64,000 bases of DNA, from IMG/VR virus record IMGVR_UViG_3300037110_000161, positions 9,271 to 73,270 of that record. The stretch is one strand, 5' to 3'. A program made the translations under genes and the position numbers. The DNA comes from a virus. Positions 37,004-46,611 of this stretch are shown one piece after another; the stretch's first letter is position 1, and the number at the start of each line of letters is the position of its first letter. Under the pieces are notes generated by a model. It was given only the letters and a program-made list of their open reading frames with translations, made no database searches and was not told the DNA's origin.

Positions 37004-38458
37004 CTATTGGGCTGCCGACACCACGGCACTTTCGCTTGCCATCTCTACCACCACCCGAAGCAGAAAGTCCTGAAAGTCGCGGCTGGTGTCGGTCGCACCC
37101 GTGACCCAATGAGTGACTTCCTCCAAGGCAGTCTTGAGCACCATCTTCGTGACGCCGCTGGCATGATCCTCGGCGATGTAGACGCCCGTTTCGTCGCAGA
37201 AGCCCAACAACCGGCTTCCGCCATTCATCACGTCGCGAAAGCACCCGACCGCTGGCTTCGCCTTGTCGTTGGTCATGCTCAGGTTGACGAGCCAGCCCCA
37301 TACTGTATCGACAGCTTCAACAGCAGCCGGCGTGGCGGGCAGCTTCTCGCGGCCCTGCTTCTCGTTCTCCGTAAGCACCTGGGCATCGGTCTTGACACCG
37401 AAGCGGGCGGCGGCCGTCACGATGTTGTCGGCCCTGATGGATTTGGCGGCGTAGCCCTTCCTCTCCACAAACTCGACGATCGTGGCGGATGGGCCGCACA
37501 GAATCGCATCGCCAGCCACGGCTTGCCACGCCTGCTGCCAGTTCTTTTGCTGCTCGGGCTGGGGCGTCTCCCACGACGGGCAGATGTAGTGTGGGTCCAA
37601 CGTGTCCTCGAAGGCCGGCTTCTGGTCCACCAGGGCCTTGAACACCGGGACCAACTCCGGGGCGGACGCCTTGCGGTACAACTTGGCGATCGCCGCCTTG
37701 ATGGTGTAATCGCTGCTGTTGCGGCATTCGTCGATTTGCAATTCGGCCTGTTTGAAGTTGTAGTCATAGACCGAATCGTCGGTCGCTTCTTCGATCTCGC
37801 GGACCCAGACGCCGGCCCGGTAGATCACGGCGGTCTTCTTGCCGTTGAGGTTCCGGGTCGCCTTGGGCAGGAACGACTGCTTGACTTGCTCGGGGCGACC
37901 GGAAAAATGCAGGAACCGTTTGGGCAACTCGTCCAAATACCGCCGAACTTCCTCGTTCAGCTCCACGTACACGCGGGTGTAGCCGTCCTTCGCCTTGACC
38001 TTCTCGTCTTCGACTGGCATAACGCACAGCCGTGCATCCGAAAGCGCCGGAATGAACTCGCCGTTCTCTTCGCGGAGCGTGCGGTCGATGGCGTTGCTAA
38101 TGAACTCGCGCATCGCCATGCCCAGGTCGGTCCAGTCGATCGCGCCGAAGTCGAGCACCCAACCCAGATCGATGGTCCGAGTGGACGTGCCGCCCAATTT
38201 GCACATGACCCGCTTGACCAGCTTGCGAGTCAGGCCGTCGTCGATCTCGTCGTCACGGGTCTGGAAGTCCAGGCGGGTTTTGCCACAGTAAACGATAACC
38301 TTGAGCCCGGCCCGCAAGAGCACGTTAATCGCGTGCTTGTTGCCGCTGCCAAACTGGCCGATCGCGCCTTCCACGCCGCAATCGCGGGTCGTGCTGACGC
38401 CAAGCAAAGTGAAGCCTTCCACGGGAGCCACGCCGGGATTCTGGACGAGAAGAAACAT
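37004..38458 (-). CDS. GHKL-like ATPase with permuted motif order
   Basis: QNPG and IGQFGSGNK precede REFISNAID; C-terminal EEVTH. Confidence 0.7.
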   Translation of the reverse strand: MFLLVQNPGVAPVEGFTLLGVSTTRDCGVEGAIGQFGSGNKHAINVLLRAGLKVIVYCGKTRLDFQTRDDEIDDGLTRKLVKRVMCKLGGTSTRTIDLGWVLDFGAIDWTDLGMAMREFISNAIDRTLREENGEFIPALSDARLCVMPVEDEKVKAKDGYTRVYVELNEEVRRYLDELPKRFLHFSGRPEQVKQSFLPKATRNLNGKKTAVIYRAGVWVREIEEATDDSVYDYNFKQAELQIDECRNSSDYTIKAAIAKLYRKASAPELVPVFKALVDQKPAFEDTLDPHYICPSWETPQPEQQKNWQQAWQAVAGDAILCGPSATIVEFVERKGYAAKSIRADNIVTAAARFGVKTDAQVLTENEKQGREKLPATPAAVEAVDTVWGWLVNLSMTNDKAKPAVGCFRDVMNGGSRLLGFCDETGVYIAEDHASGVTKMVLKTALEEVTHWVTGATDTSRDFQDFLLRVVVEMASESAVVSAAQ

Positions 38459-38539
38459 GGGTTGTACCTCAAAGATGTAACGTCATGGATTGAATTTGCC
38501 CGGATGGCGGCAGCCGCCAGTTCCGATTTTCGGCCGCGG

Positions 38540-38719
38540 TCAGTCGGTCTTGTCGCGAGTCCTTTCCAATTGCTGACCCTGCTCGGTCAGTTGGCCTTCG
38601 AGTTGCTCAACTGTTCCTTCCAATTCCTTGATGCGTTTGATGGCGATGCCCAGGACTTCGGATTCCCGGCCACCGACGATGCCCAACACGCCACGCAGTT
38701 TGTCGAGATTGCTGCTCAT
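38540..38719 (-). CDS. small coiled-coil protein
   Basis: ATG 38719 after GGAG. Confidence 0.45.
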   Translation of the reverse strand: MSSNLDKLRGVLGIVGGRESEVLGIAIKRIKELEGTVEQLEGQLTEQGQQLERTRDKTD

Positions 38720-38846
38720 TGGCTTTCTCCATTGCCGTTGCCCAGGTACTCGACCACAGATTGCCACCACCGGGATACCGTGCTCAACTGCTCGCGTCCC
38801 GTATCGCGCCGGCCGAAGGTCTTGGCGCTGGTCAACTCGGTGCCGT

Positions 38847-39443
38847 TCATTCGTCGCCCCCTTCTTCACTGCCCTCTTCCTCCACCATTTCGCCACCGCA
38901 GCCGCAGGTCGGCAGGCCGGCTTCGTCCAACCACTTGCGGGTCATGCGCACCACGCAACCGCACTGTTGGCACGTGACTTTGAGCATCCGCGTGGTCTGC
39001 GTCTTCGGCCGGTTGCTGGCCACCAGGCGGGCGTGTGGGTAGTCGCCAAGCTGTTCGATTAGTTCTTTGAGCCGGGTCTGCAACGCCTCGCCCGCGACCG
39101 TGGCCGTCATTTTGCCCTCCAGCCCAATGGCCTTGGCGACTCGCCGGAACGGCCCACGGTGTTTGCAGTCGATCCCCACGGCCGTATGAACCAACTCGTG
39201 AACCAGGGTGGCGGTGACTTCGATGCTCTCCTTGAGCAGCGGGGAAATAAAGACCTGGAACGACTTGTCTTCGCTGCTCTCGACGCCCCAGCACTCGCCG
39301 ATGCGGCGGGCCTTGTTCGCCAAGGCGGACTTCGAAGGAAAACCGCACGAAACGCGAATCTTCTCGGGCAGGGGCGCCCCGATCTGCTCGAAATCGGGTC
39401 GGAGCAAGTCGATCATCTGTTGCAGCCAGTCTTCGCGGATCAC
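38847..39443 (-). CDS. SprT-like zinc metalloprotease with C-terminal Zn ribbon
   Basis: LVHELVH, HRGPF, CQQCG...CGCG; GTG 39443 after GGAG. Confidence 0.8.
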   Translation of the reverse strand: MIREDWLQQMIDLLRPDFEQIGAPLPEKIRVSCGFPSKSALANKARRIGECWGVESSEDKSFQVFISPLLKESIEVTATLVHELVHTAVGIDCKHRGPFRRVAKAIGLEGKMTATVAGEALQTRLKELIEQLGDYPHARLVASNRPKTQTTRMLKVTCQQCGCVVRMTRKWLDEAGLPTCGCGGEMVEEEGSEEGGDE

Positions 39444-39509
39444 GGGTGCGTCTCCAAGAGTTGTGTAAACGTTGGCTATAGTGTAGCCATGCATCGAAAT
39501 GGGTGCATG

Positions 39510-40259
39510 TCAATGTGCCGGCAAAGCACCTTCCAGGGTGCGAAAGCGATTGATCCTACCCAAACACTCGGATGCGTGACGCTGGAACAGTCGCCATACA
39601 GCCGGTTTGGTGTAAGCCTTGCCATCGCGGGTGAAGTGGCCGTTTTCGTTGAGCCACTGGGCGATCTCGTCCAGCGTGCGTCCGTCGGCCCGCAGTTCCT
39701 TTATCGTCGGGACCAGGTGGGCGTACTTCCTGTCGGTTTCGGCGCGACGTTTCGCGGCCGACCGCTGCGTCGCCTTCCTGAACCCTCGCAGGTGCTCGCG
39801 GCCCTGCCACGCACCCTCGCGGGCCGAGCCCAGCTTGACGCCACGGGCCCTGGCGGCGGCCAGGGCCTTTCTCGTCCGCTCGCCGATAAGTCGCGCCTCC
39901 TCTTGGGCCACGGCAGCCAAGATGTGTAGCGTCAGGGTGTTGGCCCCCTTGCAATCGCAGCATACGAAGTCCACCTTCGACTCCATCAAGGCTGCCGTGA
40001 AGGCGACGTTGCGGGCAAGCCGATCCAGTTTGGCGACCACCAGCGTGGCGTTGGAGAGCTTCGCATGGGCGAGGGCCTTCGCCAGCTCCGGTCGATCGGG
40101 GGTCGTTCCTGTCTCGATTTCGGTGTAGTGGGCGATCTCGCTGCCACCCGACTCAGCAATCAGCTTCAAGACATCCATTTGTTGGGCCTCAAGACCCAAG
40201 CCCGACCTGCCCTGACGCTTGGTGCTGACGCGGTAGTACGGAATGAAGCGTGCGGTCAT
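39510..40259 (-). CDS. serine recombinase (resolvase family)
   Basis: YYRVST catalytic motif, RPEL, KLDRLARN, C-terminal HTH; ATG 40259. Confidence 0.92.
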   Translation of the reverse strand: MTARFIPYYRVSTKRQGRSGLGLEAQQMDVLKLIAESGGSEIAHYTEIETGTTPDRPELAKALAHAKLSNATLVVAKLDRLARNVAFTAALMESKVDFVCCDCKGANTLTLHILAAVAQEEARLIGERTRKALAAARARGVKLGSAREGAWQGREHLRGFRKATQRSAAKRRAETDRKYAHLVPTIKELRADGRTLDEIAQWLNENGHFTRDGKAYTKPAVWRLFQRHASECLGRINRFRTLEGALPAH

Positions 40260-40281
40260 CGTGGTGTGTCCTTCTAGTATT

Positions 40282-40309
40282 ATCATACCACGAAATGGCT
40301 GAATGTCAA
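40282..40309 (-). promoter_or_regulatory. sigma70-type promoter
   Basis: TTGACA-N16-TATGAT with extended -10 TG. Confidence 0.7.
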
Positions 40310-40977
40310 ATCGCCAAACGAGATTTTCGGAGTGGCGGGGACGGCTTTTCAGCAAGGCGCGACATCCACGAACGTCGAGATGGCATTCCGGGGCGCCATC
40401 CCACGCCTCACGATCCAAGCGGGGGCACCCAGCGAGGAACACCAGCGCGGTGGCCCAACCTATCGTCATGCGGAGCTGGGTGCGCGAGGCTTGTGCGGCC
40501 CGGTGAACGTTTTCCTACCGGAGGGCCAATCCAGTCGCTGCTCGGCTCTCCGTTTCCGGACCGATGCTCGCCGCAACCCTTGTGGCCCTTGTGCCGGGGT
40601 TTGCACCGGGGGGTGGGATGAGGTAGGATTGAATCGACAATTTGAAATTGACGCGCAAGCGTCGAGTCACTGCTTCCCAACGAACGACCAACCTGGGCTT
40701 CCGAGCCCTTGAACGTGAAGGCAGTGCTTGACCGCGCTTCCCCGAAAGGGGGAGCGTCGGCCGGCACTGTTTCACGTTGCCCCTTGGTCGGGGCGTTGGG
40801 AGCAGTCTGGTTTGACGCTCCCCTGTCTTTTTTCGGGGCCTGCATGACCGCACGCGATCGTCTTGCTCAACAGTTCGACGAATTACGCGATAGGGTTCGC
40901 GCTCTGTCCACAGTCATGAGCTGGCCCGGTCTGCCACAGGTGGGCCTTGTTGCCGACATCGATCTCACAGGTGCATC

Positions 40978-41190
40978 ATGTTGATCGCGGAAATGCGGTG
41001 TCGGCTGCGATGCCTCGGCTGGAAGCCCCTGGACGACGCGCAGCAAGCCTACGATGGTAGCTGGTGGTTGAGTGCCCAGAGTTGTGGGCACACCATCGTC
41101 GCCCTTGCTGACAGCCGCTCAGAAACCTGGTCACTTGCCTGCTCGATGGCGATGAAGCTTACACGCAACGGCCTGGTGAACCCTCTATGA
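40978..41190 (+). CDS. hypothetical protein
   Basis: 70 aa, ATGA-coupled to the next ORF. Confidence 0.4.
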   Translation: MLIAEMRCRLRCLGWKPLDDAQQAYDGSWWLSAQSCGHTIVALADSRSETWSLACSMAMKLTRNGLVNPL

Positions 41191-41438
41191 CCCACCCAAT
41201 CGCAACAGGCATAAAAATAGACGACCTGCGCCAGCTTGTCGCGCGGAAGACCGAGGCCGTCAAGCGGCTCGAATCGCAATTGGAGACCGAGGATGCGGAA
41301 TTAGTCGAACTAGAGCGGCAACTTGAAACGCTTGAAGATGAACACGAGGTGAGCCCGGATGAAACCAAGAGGCCGGAACCCGCAATCAGACCTGCGGATA
41401 GCCGTACTTCCAGCGAAAGGCGGGATCGGCTCGTTTGA
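41187..41438 (+). CDS. small coiled-coil protein
   Basis: 83 aa, heptad pattern. Confidence 0.45.
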   Translation: MTHPIATGIKIDDLRQLVARKTEAVKRLESQLETEDAELVELERQLETLEDEHEVSPDETKRPEPAIRPADSRTSSERRDRLV

Positions 41439-41850
41439 TCGCCAAGGCCGTGAACACGGCGTTGGACTCTTCGCAGCCAGCCAGGGCGCGCTTCCACTCG
41501 TTGACCATGTATCGGGTCACGCCCCAGAAGTGTGCTACGGCCACCTCGTCTTCTTCTGCCACGGCGCGGACCAGGCCGGCGAACAGAATCGGCATGAGGC
41601 CCTTGTGCCGGCCACGCTTGCAGTGGAAGCCCGGCCAGGGAATCGGCGCCTCAGTCATGCCTTCCACCGTGACATCCCCGTAATACTCGTCGTGGACCGT
41701 CGAACCGACCTTGACGCTCGGCGGCATGTACGGGCCGGCACGGAACGGATACCCGTTGGCCAGCGGATATTCGACGGCCGTCGGCTGCTCGCCGCTGTCG
41801 CGGGGCTTCGCCCTTTGTTTTGCAGCCGTCACGCCGTCTTCTCCATGCAC
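41386..41850 (-). CDS. hypothetical protein with HTH-like motif
   Basis: AVAHFWGVTRYMVNEWKRAL. Confidence 0.55.
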   Translation of the reverse strand: MHGEDGVTAAKQRAKPRDSGEQPTAVEYPLANGYPFRAGPYMPPSVKVGSTVHDEYYGDVTVEGMTEAPIPWPGFHCKRGRHKGLMPILFAGLVRAVAEEDEVAVAHFWGVTRYMVNEWKRALAGCEESNAVFTALAIKRADPAFRWKYGYPQV

Positions 41851-42563
41851 GGGATGATTTGCGGCTTGCCGCCGCGATCCTTGACTTTGCCCAGAAAACC
41901 GTCACCGAGGTAGCGTTTCAGCAACCGCCACACCGACACCTGATTGAATGGATGGCCAGCCGTAGTCGTATGCCCATTGTTGTTCAACCATTCGGCGATC
42001 TCGTCCATCGTCTTGCCGGCTTCCCGCATTTCCTTCAAGGTCGGCATGATGAAGCGGTAAGTCTCTTCGGTGCGCTGCCGCCGCAACTTTGCCGACTGGG
42101 CGATCGCTTTCTTCGTCCCCCGCAAGTGCTCCCGACCTTCCCAATGGCCAGGCCGTGCCGACCCCAGCTTGATTCCCTTCCTCTTGACGGCCTCGGCCAG
42201 GGTCCGCTTCGTCCGCTCGCTGATCCGCCGCGACTCCTCCTCGGCCGAGGCGACCAGGATGTGGACCGTGAACTTGTTGCACTGCTCGTTATCGAGACAC
42301 GCGAAGTCCACGCGACTCTCAAGCAAGATCGCGAGAAACCTGGCGTTTCGCCCAAGGCGGCCGAGTTTCGCGATGACCAGGACCGCCTCGTCGCGGCGGC
42401 ACTGCTCAAGGGCTTCCACCAATCGGGGCCACTGCCGCTTTCCTTCCACGAATTCGGCGATCAACGCGCCGTTGTTGAACTTGACGAACTCCGCCACAGC
42501 CGAGCGGTCGGTCTGCCGATAGTGGTAAGAGACATACTTGACTTTTGTCGTATGGATATTCAT
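41829..42563 (-). CDS. serine recombinase paralog lacking the catalytic motif
   Basis: clearly homologous to 39510-40259, but no YxRVS motif and DRLxR reads GRLGR. Confidence 0.8.
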   Translation of the reverse strand: MNIHTTKVKYVSYHYRQTDRSAVAEFVKFNNGALIAEFVEGKRQWPRLVEALEQCRRDEAVLVIAKLGRLGRNARFLAILLESRVDFACLDNEQCNKFTVHILVASAEEESRRISERTKRTLAEAVKRKGIKLGSARPGHWEGREHLRGTKKAIAQSAKLRRQRTEETYRFIMPTLKEMREAGKTMDEIAEWLNNNGHTTTAGHPFNQVSVWRLLKRYLGDGFLGKVKDRGGKPQIIPCMEKTA

Positions 42564-42596
42564 AATCAACCCCGCTTTATTTCTGGCCTGTAGCGC

Positions 42597-42626
42597 AAGC
42601 TTACACCACCTCCAAGGGAAAGTCAA
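42597..42626 (-). promoter_or_regulatory. sigma70-type promoter
   Basis: TTGACT-N17-TAAGCT upstream of ATG 42563. Confidence 0.5.
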
Positions 42627-43046
42627 ATGGACGCAAATGTGGTCACGCCGATGCTGACGCTTTTCCGTTCCGACGAACCTTCCTATCAACCGCTTCATCC
42701 CTCAAAATCGCTTCAACCCGAAGACGGCGATCCGCAGGCGTCGCTGGAAAACTTGAAGCAGCTCGGACTGGTGATTCAGGAGATCTGGGCGCGGAAGGGA
42801 CTCTCCCGAATCTTGATCCAGTTCGCCACGGGCGAACAATACGTTGCGCTCGGCTTGCGGAACCCGGCGGCTTTGGCTTTTCTCGCCTCGAACGCCGGCT
42901 TCGGCGACTACCACGAACTGGAATCGTTCTACGCCCGCCTGCCGGCCGACTATGACGGCAAGCTGCCCGCCGTGACGGATCGCCACGGCATGCTGCCGCC
43001 GAAAGAGTACGACGACGCAATCCCCGCACCCGCAGGCGACCGGTAA
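42627..43046 (+). CDS. hypothetical protein
   Basis: 139 aa, AAGGG RBS. Confidence 0.55.
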   Translation: MDANVVTPMLTLFRSDEPSYQPLHPSKSLQPEDGDPQASLENLKQLGLVIQEIWARKGLSRILIQFATGEQYVALGLRNPAALAFLASNAGFGDYHELESFYARLPADYDGKLPAVTDRHGMLPPKEYDDAIPAPAGDR

Positions 43047-43054
43047 CGGCCGGC

Positions 43055-43382
43055 CTCACCACCCCTCCTTTGTTCTTGGAGGACGGGTGAGTGATGCGTC
43101 ACCATCAGTCACCCGCCCGTGGACGCCGCAATACTGCAATAAGCCTCTCGCGGGCAAGCGGTTGTGACGCCAGTGGCCTGCGGGTCATGGTGACTGGTGA
43201 CTCATGGTGAGCCTTTTTTCCCATTACCACTCTATGTATATGTGTTACTACTTCTGATCTATGTTTCTTAACAACGATTGGGGAAAAAGGGACACCAAAC
43301 GAGGAGAAAACGCAGGTTTCTGGCAGCAACTCGTTGTCGAGCAATGGGTTAGTTTGGTGACTCATTTGCCTGGGCGGGTGAC
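43055..43382. repeat. cluster of GGTGA(C/G) hexamers around an AT-rich core
   Basis: about 9 copies in both orientations; TGGTGACTCAT twice. Confidence 0.55.
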
Positions 43383-44201
43383 GCTTTCAGCCACGATGTT
43401 TCGATCGCTCTTACCGCCTCCCTCGCCCTCGTCCCGCGTGTAAACACACGTTGTCCGTCCGCGCTCGTCCCCTCCAGTAGCCGGCATGAGTTTTCGGCCG
43501 GCTTTCGACAGGCCCTAATCGGGCCGTCTGTTTACAGTGCCGCGTCAGACCTCCCTTTGTGCGTGCGAGCACAGTCAGAGGAGCAAGCCCGCGCGCTCGC
43601 CGTTCCGATTGTGTCGGTTTTCCCAAATAGACTGACCCTCCACCACCCTTACTGGGGGAAGTGTCCGCGGGCAAGGCCGGCCACATCGCTACGACCCCTA
43701 CAATCGCAACGGTTGCGTTTGCTTGAACGGTGGTTCAAGCAAACCGAACTAGGGCAAGGCAACGGCCCGCGGGTCCGCTCACCCGGCCGCGGGCCGCGGG
43801 GTCGACCTGGTGGGGAGGCTGAAGCGCATTTTCTAACCGCGCGCTTCTAACCGCGCGTGAGATTTACGTGGCCTCGTGACGTAACATATTACCCGCAAGC
43901 AACTTACGATCTTAGTTCCCACCCGCAAGCTACTTCGGCACGTTGCCCCGCGAGCATAGGGCAGAGAATCGGCCGCGCAGACAATATATATACGGCGCAA
44001 CTCCGGCGCGAATTCGGCGCTTGCTCACCTTGCCCCGATAACTCTTGCAACCCGCAAGATTCTCTCTTCTCCGGCGCTTTCTGCGCGGATTCCGCTCAAG
44101 TTTGGTTGACGACATTTGAACATGCGACGAAAGAAGTGCATGATTAAATAGATCAGACATCGCACAAAAGACGCGAATACTTGCAACAGTGAGGGTCAAC
44201 C

Positions 44202-44390
44202 ATGTTAAGCATCATTCGCAAGGCAACCGGGAAGCGAGTGGCAGAAGTGGAAGAGGGGCATTGGTTGGAAACCGTTTTAGCGTGTCTGCCATTCGGGGTT
44301 TATGGGGTGGAAGACTCGGAAGGCAACGAAGTGAATCAAGCAACCGTCAAGGCGGGTCGGGTTTCCTTCAGCAACGCAACAGGGAGCTAG
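44202..44390 (+). CDS. small phage hypothetical protein
   Basis: GAGGG RBS, first gene of the + strand cluster. Confidence 0.55.
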   Translation: MLSIIRKATGKRVAEVEEGHWLETVLACLPFGVYGVEDSEGNEVNQATVKAGRVSFSNATGS

Positions 44391-44394
44391 CACC

Positions 44395-44556
44395 ATGAGT
44401 AAGAAACATTTTCGGGCGCTTGCCGATGCAATTTCCAGCATTGCCGACAAGGCGGAACGGGAGCGCGTTTGCGAGTTAGTGGGCGCGGTCTGCGCCGGGT
44501 GCAATGGCCGTTTCTGCTGGTATACGTGGCGCGCGGCTTGTGGAGTAAGGGGGTAG
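44395..44556 (+). CDS. small phage protein (M-x-K-K-H-F...N-x-R-F...A-C type)
   Basis: 53 aa MSKKHFRALADAI...NGRFCWYTWRAACG; below the ORF-track cutoff; GGGAG RBS. Confidence 0.65.
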   Translation: MSKKHFRALADAISSIADKAERERVCELVGAVCAGCNGRFCWYTWRAACGVRG

Positions 44557-44560
44557 CACC

Positions 44561-44920
44561 ATGCTGGCAACACAGAAAACCATTCTGGCCGATTTTGAAA
44601 TTCAATTCCTGGGGATTGATTCCCCCTCCTACTTCCCCGGATACGGAACCGCGTTTACCCCGTTTCGTTTCTGCGCGTACGGCATTGGGGACACTGAAGA
44701 GGAGGCGTTAGAAGACTGCTTGGAAATGATGGCGCAATCTGCTGGGTTCGATTTCGACGAACTGGCGGAGCAACGCATCCGGGCAGAATACGGCGCTTGC
44801 GACACAACCACGGTTGCCGAAGCGCTGGGGTGGTCGGAAGAGGAAACCGAAGAGGTTTCGGATAGCGGGGAAGAGTGTTATTTCCACGTTGGCATTAGGT
44901 GGAATGAGAAGGCGAACTAG
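44561..44920 (+). CDS. small acidic phage protein
   Basis: 119 aa, D/E-rich, YFPGYG motif. Confidence 0.65.
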   Translation: MLATQKTILADFEIQFLGIDSPSYFPGYGTAFTPFRFCAYGIGDTEEEALEDCLEMMAQSAGFDFDELAEQRIRAEYGACDTTTVAEALGWSEEETEEVSDSGEECYFHVGIRWNEKAN

Positions 44921-44938
44921 CAACCGGGAGCAACTACC

Positions 44939-45448
44939 ATGATTCGGTTTCGATGGTTGACGGGGGATAGGGATTTTCTGACCTACGGGGGCAAGTGGAT
45001 TTCGACCCGCCAGAATAACGGGGAATTCGATTACTACCTTGTAATTGAGTTGCTCAACTGGCGGGAAACGGTTGGGGAACGGGAAGCGCCGCCGGAAACC
45101 TACAACGTTTCTCTGTCTGTCGTTTCGCCTCAGGAGGCGCAAGGAAAGATCAGCGCGGCGCTAGACTGTTGCGGAATCACGGAAGCAATGCTTCAGACCG
45201 CAACTGGAAACGGATACCGCGATACGGTTCTAGTGGAAGCGCTCTATACCTACGGGATACATACCCCGGTCTGGAGTAAAGACGGGAACAATTGGCGCGC
45301 GCTAATGCGGGAAGCGCGCCAAGAGGCAAGGCAATGCGAATTCCTTTTCGGATTCTACCTTGACCGGCCCGTCAATCGCATCGGTACAACGGGGTGGGAA
45401 TCCTTACGGGGTGACTTGACCAGCGCGCTTGACCGGGTTTGCAACTAG
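44939..45448 (+). CDS. phage hypothetical protein
   Basis: GD.D.LTYGGKW and PVNRIGTTGWE motifs; GGAG RBS. Confidence 0.65.
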   Translation: MIRFRWLTGDRDFLTYGGKWISTRQNNGEFDYYLVIELLNWRETVGEREAPPETYNVSLSVVSPQEAQGKISAALDCCGITEAMLQTATGNGYRDTVLVEALYTYGIHTPVWSKDGNNWRALMREARQEARQCEFLFGFYLDRPVNRIGTTGWESLRGDLTSALDRVCN

Positions 45449-45459
45449 GAGCAACTACC

Positions 45460-46212
45460 ATGCAACTAGGGGAAATGGACCTGGAAACGGCAGCAAGGGA
45501 GGCGCGGGGCAATTGGCAGAAGTTTGACTGCTTTGCTTGGCACGATAGGCCGGAAGATTCGGAGGAGTGGGCGATTGTCTACACTCACAACCGGGATTCC
45601 GACTTATTGGACCAAAGCAACGCCGATGCGATCGACAAGGCGCTAGCGCCGTTTACCGAAGGGGACAACCCCGATGTCCGGGCGGAACATCACGGGCATT
45701 GGGCTTGTGGGTGGATTGACGGTTACGCCATTCGCGTCTACCGCAACGGCCAGATTACCGAAGCATTTCGCGCCTACCATGAGCTAGCGGCGCGGCTTGC
45801 GGATTACCCCATCTTGGACGAAGAAGACCACTCCCGGCGGGAATATGAGGCAACGCTAGAGAATCTCCGCAATGAGGGTTTCGCTGATTGCTACGCGCCA
45901 CCGGAGGAGTGGGCCGGGGAAGTCTTTTCGTGGTTGTGGGACCACAACCAAAGCGCCGTTGAAAACCGCGATGGAAACGGGGGCTATGCCACTAAAGAAG
46001 AGATAGGCGAAGCGCTGGACGCGCTGGGGTATCGGATTCTGTGGGTGGTTTCCTACGTCGATACAGGAGAGGTTAGGGAAGAGTACCGCGAAGAATCGGA
46101 AGCGCAAGAGCGCTGCGAAGCGCTGCGCGCCGACGGAGTTCTAGGCGCGACCTACTGCGAACAATTGCCGACTTATGAGGAAAACAACAATGACGCTAAC
46201 ACTGCAACGTGA
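45460..46212 (+). CDS. acidic phage hypothetical protein
   Basis: RDS.LLD.SN, HWACGW and DYPILDEED motifs. Confidence 0.7.
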   Translation: MQLGEMDLETAAREARGNWQKFDCFAWHDRPEDSEEWAIVYTHNRDSDLLDQSNADAIDKALAPFTEGDNPDVRAEHHGHWACGWIDGYAIRVYRNGQITEAFRAYHELAARLADYPILDEEDHSRREYEATLENLRNEGFADCYAPPEEWAGEVFSWLWDHNQSAVENRDGNGGYATKEEIGEALDALGYRILWVVSYVDTGEVREEYREESEAQERCEALRADGVLGATYCEQLPTYEENNNDANTAT

Positions 46213-46603
46213 GTATGCGCAAGCGCGCAAGGCGGGTTACTCCGCCCGGGAATCCCTGCGCACTGCGCGGATTGTCCGGGAGTGGGACAACTTGGAATCC
46301 GCGGGGCTTGTCCGATTGCGGGCGGAGGGGGAGCAAGAGGGCTATTTCGACGTTTACGGGGAACCGGACAGCGCGAAGGAACGGGCAGAAATCGAGCGCT
46401 ACCTTGACCTATGGGGTTGCTATTGCTGCCTTGCCGAATACCTTGACACCCGCGGCACGTGGCAAGTAGCCGATTCCATCAGCATGTGTGTCTACGCGAA
46501 CCCCTTGGACCCCTTGGAGAATTGGTACATTCCCGACTTGATGGAATCGGCTATTGAAACGGCAACAGCGGTTCATTTTCAACGGGCAGGGAGTGGCATA
46601 TAG
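46190..46603 (+). CDS. phage hypothetical protein
   Basis: GAGG RBS, ATG 46190. Confidence 0.6.
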   Translation: MTLTLQREYAQARKAGYSARESLRTARIVREWDNLESAGLVRLRAEGEQEGYFDVYGEPDSAKERAEIERYLDLWGCYCCLAEYLDTRGTWQVADSISMCVYANPLDPLENWYIPDLMESAIETATAVHFQRAGSGI

Positions 46604-46611
46604 CGGCCGGG

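Noticed and set aside
36896-38977. 693-aa + strand ORF (likewise 53954-55276)
   Set aside because: Antisense to motif-bearing, RBS-preceded minus-strand genes.
39470-39515. Promoter TTGACA...TACACT upstream of the SprT-like gene
   Set aside because: Spacer is 22 bp and the TTGACA overlaps the resolvase stop codon; not supportable.
39510-42563. Prophage integrase or IS607/Tn3 element
   Set aside because: Both proteins are about 245 aa, too short for a large serine integrase; no tnpA/tnpB, terminal inverted repeats or att duplication were seen.
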